A stretch of 64,000 nucleotides of DNA from Blepharisma stoltei ATCC 30299. Its lineage: Eukaryota; Protista; Ciliophora. Shown in pieces: positions 1 to 10,290 of this stretch. Location of the stretch: positions 124,001-188,000 of the forward strand of contig CBFDEM010000045.1 of the NCBI GenBank assembly GCA_965603825.1, read 5' to 3'. Numbering within the stretch: position 1 is the stretch's first letter; each line of letters starts with the position of its first letter. Under the pieces are notes generated by a model. That model was given only the letters and a program-made list of their open reading frames with translations, ran no database searches and was not told the origin of the DNA. A program made the position numbers and the translations under genes.

Positions 1-185
1 TAAAAATTTTTTATTTCATTTGGAAATTTATAAAAATTAAAATTTTGAATCTTATCTCACGTATAATGAAAATTCCAAAAAAAGACTTAAAGCCCAAATA
101 TTATTTAAAGATGATATCACAGCTTATATCCAGTCTCAGAAATATATTTTTAAGTTAAATTATTTATTTGTATCAATTTAGCTAA

Positions 186-1706
186 TTACATATCTTTTGA
201 GTCTGGTAATTGCTCAATTAAACTTTTCAAGTTAAACTTGCTTTTATTAAAAAGCTCATTAGGAGGGTACACTCTTTCTGTTGTTATTTTAAAAGGATTA
301 TGGATTCTATTATCCTGATATTTCAACAGTACATTAGCTAATGATTTATAATTTGCCACAAGTTCAGAAATTTCATCGTTTCCTTCCTTTAAGCTATTTA
401 TATCAAGATTTCCTAAAAATTCACTTTCCACTGCATGTGAATTAATTTTATTAGTAAAATCCGCAATCTTTTGCAAAGGGCTTCTAATAGACCTCGCAGA
501 ACAATGAATTATCATAATAATTACAGCTAAAATAACCCCACCACAAAATATAAAAAACCCTATTAAAATTCCTCCAAATTCTTCGATTTTATTTCTGCTG
601 TCACTTCCATAGGTCATAATATCTCTCTCCTTTACAAAAAGCATAAGAACATACCATCATTCGTCATTGTTTTGACTCCCTATTGGGAATGTAGCAACTC
701 TATATACTTCATCGTGAAAAACCATAAAATGGATCCCTTTAGGCTTAACCAATACTTTTCCCCAAAAATGGGAATCTTCTAGCTGGGTAATGGAGTCATA
801 GGAATTGCTTCACCATCCTTTTCCATTGCATTTTAAAATCTGGCCACTCTTGTGGACAAGGGCTGTGTCCCCTTTTCCTAGGTATTTTAGCTCTTTAAGG
901 TCTTGATATATAAATAGGACAGGCAAATCAGCTAATATAACCCCAATATTTTTATTGTTGTTATCAGTAAGTGGTGTAACCAATGAAATTATATCAAGAA
1001 GATTCCCTAAGTAATCAGGATACCCAACAGTCGCTAAATTTGTAGCATTATTTTGCTTATAAGCCATATATCAAGTTTGGTTTGTAGGTCTATAAGTGCT
1101 AGGAATGTAGCTTCCTGGATAGGTGATCATAAAATTGCCTTCATCAAAATACATCATATATCTTATGACAGTCTGAAAAGTCAATACAAGTGTCGTGGGC
1201 CAAATATTATTAAACCTAGACACTTTTTTAATCAAACTATATGATACGTTAAAAATCTCTCCAAAAGTTTTATAGCAGCTATAAGTAAAGCACACCCTTT
1301 GGTTCCCATACAAATTGATAACTTTAGTCAAATTTTCTTTAGGTAAATGCTCATAATCTGTGATATTTAAATAATTCAATGCATAGGCATTTTCGTCGTT
1401 TAGCATTGAATATAGCATTTCTTTCACCAATTGGTTCATAACAAAAATATCTTGGAATTTTGTGTTGACGTAGGACGCCCCTTGGGCTACAAGTTCTTTC
1501 ATATTGTCGGTGGCTTGTTTGCTTTGGGTTTTTTCAATTTTTATTACTGTGTGCTCTCCAAGAAAATAAAAGCTGGTTATCATGAATAAAAAAACTAGTA
1601 TCAGCATAGAGAAAACTGCGAATATATAGCAGACCATCATTTGTCGCTTTATAGATCATGTCTTTGGGATTTCTTTTAAATCTTTCCAAAAGTGCTTTAT
1701 GCACAT
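186..1706 (-). CDS. Membrane sensor-like protein: TM - dCache-like extracellular domain - TM - HAMP-like linker (~506 aa, UGA=Trp)
   Basis: ORFs 1071-1640, 810-1067 and 186-644 join in one frame through TGA codons, with ATG at 1706. Motifs YRPTNQT(W)Y, IISLVTP, IGVILADL and GKGDTALVHKSGQIL resemble dCache_1. PLQKIADF...DEISELVANY after the second TM resembles HAMP. Confidence 0.7.
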
Positions 1707-1852
1707 AATAATTTTAATAAAATACCATAAAATTAATTTTTAGACAATTCAGACAAAAAATCATAAATAAAGTGTTGGAATTTTGGGGTTTTTGTGGGCT
1801 TTTTAATATATTTAGGGATTAATAACAACAGCTTAATCTTGAAATAATAAAA

Positions 1853-3088
1853 ATGAGCGATCTTCTTACCATGAGAGAGACTCTTGAAAACAGTAAATTT
1901 TATACTACTGAGTGGCAATTACAAATGCTGGCTTCTGCCTCTATTTGGTTTATTGACTCTTGGTCTGTTTCCTTTATCCGCCAAAAACCTCCTCATGTCA
2001 TCAATTTACTCATCATTTTATGTCAGGATTCTGCCACAAATGTTATAGTTCCCTGTTTCTTTGGAATTTTCCCACACCAAAGCTCTCTCCCTATCGCCGA
2101 AATTTACTACAGATTTTTCTCAGTCCTCCAGATGAAATCTTTACAAAAGCTCGAGCCTTTAAAAATTGTAATAGACTACGATACTTCTCTGCGTTCAGCT
2201 GTCGCTCAAGCTTTTCCACATACAGAAATCTATGGCTCTTTTATCCATAAAACAAGGCTTCTTTATAATGAATGCAAAAACATAAAATGTGGGCTATTAG
2301 GAATAAAAACAGCGGCGTTAAGCAAGACAATCAATTATTTTATAGCTTATGTGTTGGTGATATCCTTGATGAATGAGCAGGATTTTCATCATCATTGGAA
2401 CATTTTAAAACATCAGGTTAATGATGAAGCTTTTGCTGGTGTAATCAGTATGATTGAAAGGGATTTCGTGAATCCTAACGGGAGATACCATTCAGAGATG
2501 ACGTTTTCGCACATTTTAGAAGAAAAAGCTTTTAGAATTGCTACACCTGCTATAGAAGGCTACCACTATCGTCTAAAACAACTTATGAAAACTTATAACG
2601 TCTCCTCAGTTGACATGCTGGTCGAAAAAGTCCTGGTTTCTGAAGAAAAGCATTTCAGCAGCAAAGTCGCTGAGGTAAATTTACAAAGAATTATATCTCC
2701 AGACCTCCCAGAAAAATTTTTCTTTGAAAGAAGCATGGGACCTTTGCCAATTGCGACTTCACTTGGGGATATTTATGGGATGCTTGATCATACCCCTCCA
2801 CAAAAATTAGCAGAATTACTAATTGAACAAAGCGAAGATATTCAGCTGCCACAGAGGAGAGCCCTTGTAAGCTTGTGCAACCTTGAAGAATATAAGAAGT
2901 CTTTGATTTCATTTGATACAGTTTCACAGAGTATTATGAATTTACATCAAGAAAGGAAAAAGAAATACAGAGAAGAAAGAAAGACGAGAGTCAAGGTTGA
3001 AGAGCCTGCAATGGAAGTAGAAGAGGAAGAAGGGGAAGAAGAGGAAGAAGAGGAAGATGAAGAAGATAGCGAAGACATGCAGGAGTAA
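1853..3088 (+). CDS. MULE (Mutator-like) transposase-domain protein, probably domesticated
   Basis: WFID, VPCFFGIF, IVIDYDTSLRSAVAQAFP..IYGSFIH and AIEGYHYRLK match the MULE DDE pattern (D35, D108, E235). It has an acidic tail, no visible TIRs, and tightly flanking host genes. Confidence 0.75.
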   Translation: MSDLLTMRETLENSKFYTTEWQLQMLASASIWFIDSWSVSFIRQKPPHVINLLIILCQDSATNVIVPCFFGIFPHQSSLPIAEIYYRFFSVLQMKSLQKLEPLKIVIDYDTSLRSAVAQAFPHTEIYGSFIHKTRLLYNECKNIKCGLLGIKTAALSKTINYFIAYVLVISLMNEQDFHHHWNILKHQVNDEAFAGVISMIERDFVNPNGRYHSEMTFSHILEEKAFRIATPAIEGYHYRLKQLMKTYNVSSVDMLVEKVLVSEEKHFSSKVAEVNLQRIISPDLPEKFFFERSMGPLPIATSLGDIYGMLDHTPPQKLAELLIEQSEDIQLPQRRALVSLCNLEEYKKSLISFDTVSQSIMNLHQERKKKYREERKTRVKVEEPAMEVEEEEGEEEEEEEDEEDSEDMQE

Positions 3089-3157
3089 ATAATGATAATT
3101 ACATAATATTTAGGTATTGCTTAATTATTAGACAGAAACATTTATGAATGCTATAAA

Positions 3158-4168
3158 TTAATTTTTAATTTTATTTTTTGGCAAAACCTCCACAGTCTTC
3201 CCTTGTTTCAGCTTCATCTTTTCTGAATACGAATTAACCGCTGTTTTACTCTTCTGGATACTTTGTCTTTCTTTTGCTGGCGAAACATTCGTCTTTTTAA
3301 TAATCGTCGGTGCAAATGTGCACTGTTTGAGCTCTTCTTCTTCCTTTTTATTTTTCCATTCCTCGATCATTTTTTCTCTGTCTTTTTTCTGTTGATCAGC
3401 CAGGTCATATAAATTTTTTTTGTGGCTCATAGGCATTTGTTTGGATTTATCGTCAATTTTTGGCTGAAAAGTACAGTCTTCAGTGACTTTGTTGTCTGGA
3501 GGGGTAGCAACTCGGTTTTTCCTTTCTTTAGTTTGTTCTAAGGCGATATCATAGTTTCTTTTAATAAAGTCTTTGAAGTTGCCTTGAGTTTTTGCTTGCT
3601 TATTTTCTTCTGGATTTGGCTGTGGGTTGGCTTTTTCTTTTTTCTTTGGAGTGACTAAGGATCGGCCTTCTTTTTCAGCATATTTTACCATCAATATTGA
3701 TTTTGGGTCCAGCTGTGGCTTAAATGAGTAGGTTTCTTCATAAAATTTTTCAGATTTTTCTTGCTTTTCTGTTATAAGTTTTCTCCCTTTTTCGTATAAT
3801 TTGTTAGATATTTCTTCCGCGTTTGGTGTTGTTGACAATTTATTTTTTCTTCTCATTTCAGGCTGAGGGGTTTTATTTTGGGTTGGGATTATTATTTTTG
3901 GCGTTATAGGCTGTTTAATCGGAACTTCTCCTGCATCAAGCTCTGACATAAGTTCAGGGGTTCTAGAATGAGGATTGTCAGGAGAAAATGAAAAATCTTC
4001 ATCTAAAAAATCAAGATCTTTATGAAGATCTAGCTTAGGAGGATTAAGGGTAGGAGCATTAAGAGACGAGGATATAGGAGATGAAGTAGCTTGAGGACTT
4101 TCAGAAGAAAGAGCTTGAGGAGCTTTAAATAAACCAAGATGCTTTAGAGAATCCAATGTGCTTGCCAT
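3158..4168 (-). CDS. Hypothetical protein with repeated (C/Y)(T/S)FxPxI/L motifs
   Basis: 336-aa open frame containing YSFKPQL, CTFQPKI and CTFAPTI. Confidence 0.7.
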   Translation of the reverse strand: MASTLDSLKHLGLFKAPQALSSESPQATSSPISSSLNAPTLNPPKLDLHKDLDFLDEDFSFSPDNPHSRTPELMSELDAGEVPIKQPITPKIIIPTQNKTPQPEMRRKNKLSTTPNAEEISNKLYEKGRKLITEKQEKSEKFYEETYSFKPQLDPKSILMVKYAEKEGRSLVTPKKKEKANPQPNPEENKQAKTQGNFKDFIKRNYDIALEQTKERKNRVATPPDNKVTEDCTFQPKIDDKSKQMPMSHKKNLYDLADQQKKDREKMIEEWKNKKEEEELKQCTFAPTIIKKTNVSPAKERQSIQKSKTAVNSYSEKMKLKQGKTVEVLPKNKIKN

Positions 4169-4196
4169 ATTATTTCTACTAGTAATTATGATGTAA

Positions 4197-5951
4197 CTAA
4201 TTATTTTGAATATATGAATCTATCTCTTTCATGTAGAGCTCTAATGCTTTTGCAGAATTATGAGGCTCAAGAGAATTTATCGCCATTCTTGGCTTGTTTC
4301 CTTGACCTTCAGCTGATTTTGTTTTGATAGCGCCATGATACATTTTGCCTTGGGCTGATGCGACGACTTTTTCGAATTGTTCGGGGTCTTCATCTGATAG
4401 CTTTTTAAGGTCTGACGCTGAGCATTTAAGAAGCTGGGTGCCAATATCGTCAAATGCAGTAGCCCAGATTGCATCTGAATGATCATGTAGCCTTACACTT
4501 AGCAAATATCTATACTGGCACTGCTCGAACGATTCCTGGCATTTTTCGCACCTATAAAATCCATTGCTTTCCAAAATCACTTTTTTCTTACAATTTTGCG
4601 CATTTTTACAAGCTGTGTAAAACATTAAATTTGGATCATCCCGCCTAATAAATCCTATATAGCCAATGAAGCCTGTATTTTCTTCTAGCTGAGGCCCATC
4701 ATAATTATTCCAAAAATTATTTAAATCTGAGAATTGTTTGTACTCTTTAGGTGCACTTGATGAGCCTTGTGTGAGATATTTTGCATTTTCTTTATCTATA
4801 CCTCGGTTGAACCAGTCAATGAATTTTTTGGTTTCTTCAATGTTTTTAGGGTTATATATTATTTTGGTGTTTCCTCTGTCTGAAGAGAGGGATAAGCCAT
4901 GATAGTCGGTTATCCTTAAGTATTTAGCAGCGAAAAATATAGGCAATTTTGGATCATGAAATATAGGGCTTTCAGCTTCTTCATTTCATAGGGATATTTC
5001 TATAGCGCAATTAGAAGGATCCATCACTTTAATAACCCTTTTCTTTAAAGGTTCTCCCTTTCTTGAGGTGAACTCTGATAATTCATCTACCTCAATAATA
5101 GCTCCACATAAATCTGTAATATTCCCTATGCCTATATGCTCGAGCTTATCGATTAAGTTGAAATTAAACTTTACAGATAAAATCCCGGCATCATCAGCTA
5201 CTTCATTAATTTCAGCGTTTTTATCAAAACTTATTTGATAATCACAATCTACAGTCTGGAATTTTTTATTCCCTAGTTTAACCCTTCCTTTTGCAAAAGT
5301 ATACACTTTTCCTTCCTGAATTATCGGATAAAATTTATCCACCGCGTCTTTAAAAAAAGTTGCTTGTATTTCATCGTTATAGCTATCAATCAAATTTACA
5401 TTAAATAGCTTCCCAGATCCCCTTGGATTATCCCAAGATTTTATAGCTCCTTTTTGTGTTACCCTTGCTTTTAAAATCCAATCATCATTAAGGGTAGTTA
5501 AAGCTTTTATTGGAATATAAGACTCTTTATTGAATATTTTTGGCTCAGGAAGTTTACTTTGTTTAATTTGTGGCTGTTTAATTTGTGGCTGCTTAATTTC
5601 TTCTTTTTCTTCGAAATTCAGCTCAAACTTGTTTGGCTCGCCTACAGTTGACTCAAGACAGACACCAGACTCTAAGTCTGCTATAATTAGAATAGGCCTA
5701 CCGCCTACATTTGCAATAGAAAATTCTTTAATTTTGATGACTTGGTATTGAACGATTTCGTCCGAGGCAAATTTTTGTTGGATTGAGGCACCGACCATGG
5801 CTTGGACATAGTCATCGCCATCAGAAATGACGAGACGGTAGCGGGTTGTGCCGAGAAGTTTGATGTCGAGGATCTGCACAGTTGGCTTGAGATCGTTGCA
5901 GGATACGCCTGAGTTGATAGAGCGGACAGCTCTTTTAGTTAGAAGTGACAT
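4197..5951 (-). CDS. RPA1: Replication protein A 70 kDa subunit
   Basis: ORFs 4986-5951 and 4197-4946 join via TGA (EISL-W). Contains RYRLVISDG (RPA70N), WILKARVTQK (DBD-A) and the C4 zinc finger YTACK...CKKKV...CEKC. Confidence 0.95.
5561..5599. repeat. 15-nt tandem repeat encoding IKQPQ in the RPA1 linker
   Basis: GTTTAATTTGTGGCT twice plus a partial third copy. Confidence 0.8.
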
Positions 5952-6053
5952 TTAATTTTTAAAAGATTGAGCGGGGAAGCCATAATATATTTTAATTAAA
6001 GAATTCGAGAAAAAAAGAAGCTTTTCAAGGGACTATTTTGAATAATGCACAGC

Positions 6054-6527
6054 TTAGTTTATATTTTTTTCAAAACTGAACTGAAACTTAGCAGGATTTC
6101 CTATAATTGAATTGGCAATAATATCAGGCTCTAAGTCTTCTATAACCAGAATAGGATGGCCCAATATGTTTTTAAATGAAAATTCTTTAATTTTGATGAC
6201 TTGATCTTGGATAATTTCGCCTGATGAAAAATTATGCTGGATTGAGGCTCCAGCCAAGCATGGAGCATAATCATCGCCATCAGATATAACAAGGCGATAA
6301 TAGCGATTTCCGTCGAGGAATTTGATGTCAATGATCTGCACTGTTAGATCAAGGTCATTACATGATATGCCTGAGTTGATAGAGCGGACAGCTTTTTTGG
6401 TTAAAAGGATTGGTGAAGCCAGAGTATTGAAAATTGTTATAACTATTAAATATTTTATTAATTTCGAAAATTTGAAATTTAAAGAAAAGGGAAATGAGAA
6501 CGTCATAGAGAAATTATTATAATCCAT
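6054..6527 (-). CDS. Stand-alone RPA70 N-terminal OB-domain paralog (partial tandem duplicate of RPA1)
   Basis: LLTKKAVRSINSGISCNDL...YRLVISDGDDY...VIKIKEFS is a diverged copy of RPA1 residues ~3-115. The frame is intact and has a new N-terminus. Confidence 0.7.
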   Translation of the reverse strand: MDYNNFSMTFSFPFSLNFKFSKLIKYLIVITIFNTLASPILLTKKAVRSINSGISCNDLDLTVQIIDIKFLDGNRYYRLVISDGDDYAPCLAGASIQHNFSSGEIIQDQVIKIKEFSFKNILGHPILVIEDLEPDIIANSIIGNPAKFQFSFEKNIN

Positions 6528-6912
6528 GCTGAGAATAATTATATAGTTGTTTTGCCTTGAATACTAAATTAAATCGATACTTCAGTAAAATTATATTTTG
6601 GCCTTTGCTTAAAATCTTAGATTATAGCATAAATTAAATAAAGAATTGCTTTTGCTAAAAATGAGTTTTAAAATTTTATTACTAAAATTTCTGATGATTT
6701 CTCTTAATTTATGCATTGCTTATAACTAATTAGTTTTTTATATCAGTGATATGTTCATATGAATCTGTTTATGGCCTGCATCTTTATATATAGGATTAGC
6801 TATTTATTACCCGAAATATAAAATATCAGTTATAATTTAAAAATAATTGTTCTTAACTATAGAGACCATGATTTTTGACATCATCAATCGAAAAATTAAT
6901 TATTTCCAATAT

Positions 6913-7383
6913 CTATTTCTCAATTTTTTTGGCAACTCTTTTACAAGTTGGGCAATCTACTCTATATCTCAGTCATTTTTCGATGCATAAGCTATGAAAT
7001 ACATGTCCGCAGGGCAATCGTACTCCTTCAGAACTAATTCCATAGCAAATAATGCATTCTCTTGCTTCTTTTCCTCGAAATTTAAAAAATTTTGCAATCT
7101 CTTGATTAGATAGGCCATACCTTGGCAATCTTTCTATTTCTTTCCACAAAGCTTCTGCTTCTATTGAAGGCAAATCATAATTAAATGAATATCCAAAATC
7201 CGAGTCCTGCGCTGCTGCATAATTATTTGGCTGATATTCGGATTCTCGATCAAAAATCGCTTCATACTCATTTTCCCAATCAATAAAGTTCATATTATAA
7301 CCTCCAGATCCTCCTATAGGTCTGTTATCCACATATTCATGATTTCCCAGTCATCTTTCGTCTCTGTCATTTCTCTGTTCCAT
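6913..7383 (-). CDS. RING-H2 E3 ligase-like protein
   Basis: With UGA=Trp the RING completes as CIIC...LPCGHVFHSLCIEK(W)LRYRVDCPTC. ATG at 7383, TAG at 6913. Confidence 0.85.
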
Positions 7384-7433
7384 TCTGAACTTATATAATT
7401 TTCGCCATAGGAAATGGGCGGTATATAATTCAA

Positions 7434-8528
7434 ATGACCTCAATAAGAAAAAATAATCATCAAAAATCAAAAGCAAAAAACTCTCAAGATCTCCCACAAA
7501 AGTCACTTAAATGACTATTAGAACTCGACGCAAGCGAAATCATTGAAGTCAGCCTCCCTGATATCCCTAACACACCTCAAGAATTTTTGATAGAAAACAT
7601 TCAAGTCCAAAATTCTGTGAATTTTAATAATCAAATTGAAGAAATTTATTTGAAAACTGCAAAAAGCTCAAAAAGAAAAATTTTAACCGAAGAAAGCACC
7701 CAATACCCATCAATAAACGATATTCCAAATTGAAATAGCCTTGCTAAAGAAATCCACATAATTTCTACTGAAAGTTTTCAATGGCTCTCAGCTATTGACT
7801 CTGAAGGTGAAACAATTGGAATTTATAACACTTGTATGGGGATTCATACAAATATTCCGAGCCAAGATATTTATCATTCAATTTTATACTGAGGGTCAGG
7901 AAATTTAGACGAAAATGGCTGGGTTGGTGCTTTTCGGAGTTTATTTTATATGTTTGCTCATGGTAAATGTGAGTGATTTTATGTGAATTTTGGGCGATAT
8001 TTGGCATTTTTTAAAAGGGAAAATGATAAACCAGTAGCGGTTATAGCAAATCCAACAAGCCAATTAAAAAATGCATTAAGAAAAGCGTTGGTAAATGTCC
8101 CTGAAGATGATATTGAAGTAGAAAATATGCCAAATTTGAAAAATCAGAAAAAAAATCCTCCGATAAAAATTGAAGGAAAATCTTTGCACCAATTTTATGA
8201 ATATCTCACAAGTAATTTTGCTGATAACAGACTATTGGCACCAACATTTTTCTTGAATTCTACTTTAAAGTCTCTAAACACCACGTTTAATGGAGAAATC
8301 AAAGGACTCGATATGACAAACGACAGCCGGAAAATGCAAAGAAAATTCAAACTTTCTTTCGAAGGGCCGATTTCTTTTCTATCTATAAAAAATATCTGCG
8401 GAGTCCTTCAAAGCACACAAAATTCCTTTTCAATTGAAATTTTCCCTGATACTGCATCAGCGCCTCTAGGTTTTCCAAGCTCAATATCTTTTATGAATGG
8501 TTCGTATTTTGTCAAGCGGAGTCTTTAA
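7434..8528 (+). CDS. DONSON: DONSON-like replication protein
   Basis: One frame from ATG 7434 through 4 TGA codons. ILY(W), WVGAFRSLF, CE(W)FYVNF, RLLAPTFF and LSFEGPI resemble DONSON blocks (by-eye recognition). Confidence 0.6.
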
Positions 8529-8563
8529 TATAATTTTTATGGTTTTTATTACATATTTTATGT

Positions 8564-9094
8564 TTAATAAATCGAGCAGCTGCATACCATCCCTCCTTGT
8601 CTTGCAGGTTTTATTGGTTTATCTTGTACTTCACTTACGACAGAATAATTAAAACTGTCATAAGAAGGATCAACTGGGGGTTGATTTTCTATTTCTTTTT
8701 GTGTGTCAGGCTGCTTGTTCTGCTGAATAAAGCTTTCAATGCTTGCTTTTATATCTTTTCCAAACAAATCTGTATATTTAACAGTTGTCCTGCCTGTTTC
8801 TGACGTATTTTCGCTTGATCTTGGACTAGTTGGGTCTCTCCAATGGGAAATCGGGTCTTTTAAGCTTGATTTTTCATCAGAAAAAGTGTCCGAATTTTGA
8901 ATAAATAAGTTAATTTTTGCTGTTTCGTGGGCTGGGTTTTGAATTTCATGAGATTTATAAGCATTTTGGTGTTTTAATGATTCTTGGTGTGCTGAAGAAT
9001 CATATAAATGTGCGGTCGGCATGTAGCTTGAACTGTTGCTTTCTATGATTCCACTTAGATTTGGCTCTTGAGGTGCTGATTTTATGCCTGACAT
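8564..9094 (-). CDS. Hypothetical protein with Cys-rich, CaaX-like C-terminus
   Basis: 176-aa ORF ending VCSCSIY. Confidence 0.6.
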   Translation of the reverse strand: MSGIKSAPQEPNLSGIIESNSSSYMPTAHLYDSSAHQESLKHQNAYKSHEIQNPAHETAKINLFIQNSDTFSDEKSSLKDPISHWRDPTSPRSSENTSETGRTTVKYTDLFGKDIKASIESFIQQNKQPDTQKEIENQPPVDPSYDSFNYSVVSEVQDKPIKPARQGGMVCSCSIY

Positions 9095-10290
9095 TTTTGT
9101 TGACTTTTATTAGATTTTTATAATTGAATGAAGAAGGAAAAAATAAATTTAAACGATAAAAAGCAAGGAATCATTACTTAAATTTAGGAATTTTTTACTT
9201 TACTTTATCAAGACTATGAGAGTCCATAAGTGTTGAAGCCTATATATGTCTAGCCTTTTCTATTCAAGAGTTTCACTGCTTTGAGATGCTATAATTATAG
9301 AATATATAGTATTTTTAATTGGAAATGTTTGCCCTTTCGAATGATTGGAGCCTTTGGATCAGCTATACACAAGAAAATTAATCTCGATAAAGATCAGCAG
9401 TTACTAAATAAAAAATGCATGTGAAGCTTCGCCCTTAGTTGAGAGAAATACCTAAAATTAACTAACCCAAAGATTAAAATTTAAGAAAACCTGAGAAGGG
9501 TAATTGAAATTTGGTACATAATTGATCAATCTTAGAAAAATATCCTACTCGATTCGATACATAATGATAAAATTAGAAGCTTGAAAAATAATCAAAATTA
9601 TTTATTCTTTGATAGCTGTTTTAAAGAGAAATATAAAACGATGTAGATGATGCAAGCCACGAATTTTATTTTTAATAAATAATTATTAGACTATGATAGT
9701 AATTCTTCGTTTCTGGTCAAGCACAGATCACGCTCATACCCTCTGGGCCATTCTTTGTGGATGTGTAAGAAAAATATAGCCAAGTAAAGGCTATTTGATG
9801 CATTCTAGAAATTTAGACTATCGGTGCCATATTTGTATCAGTTCTTCTCTTTTAGTGTCAATTACTATTACTGCATGCTTTTTCCATTGCTAATTCCAGT
9901 AAGTAAATATTTTACCTTTTTTTTCTTTCCAAGATTTTACCATTCCAATGAGGCCTCATAGTTGCTGATATTTCTTTAAGGATATTTGATTGCATGTGGC
10001 ATTTTGACCAAACTAATTCAAGTAGAAGCTATTGATAAAAATCATATTTAAGAAAAGCAATTATGCGCTTAAATTAGGGTTCATAAGGGCATCTTTAAAT
10101 TATTCACAAAAGCTCTACAAAATCCAATAAAACGTATGCTCAATTGGATAATTTAAGGAGCCTTCAAGATGGAATTCTCAATAGTAAGTTCTATAAAATC
10201 ATTGGCAAGCGCATCAATCTCTATGTTTATCATATCGATGGGCCATTTACATACTTTAGATTTAAATAAAGTTGTCGTTAAATATAAGTT

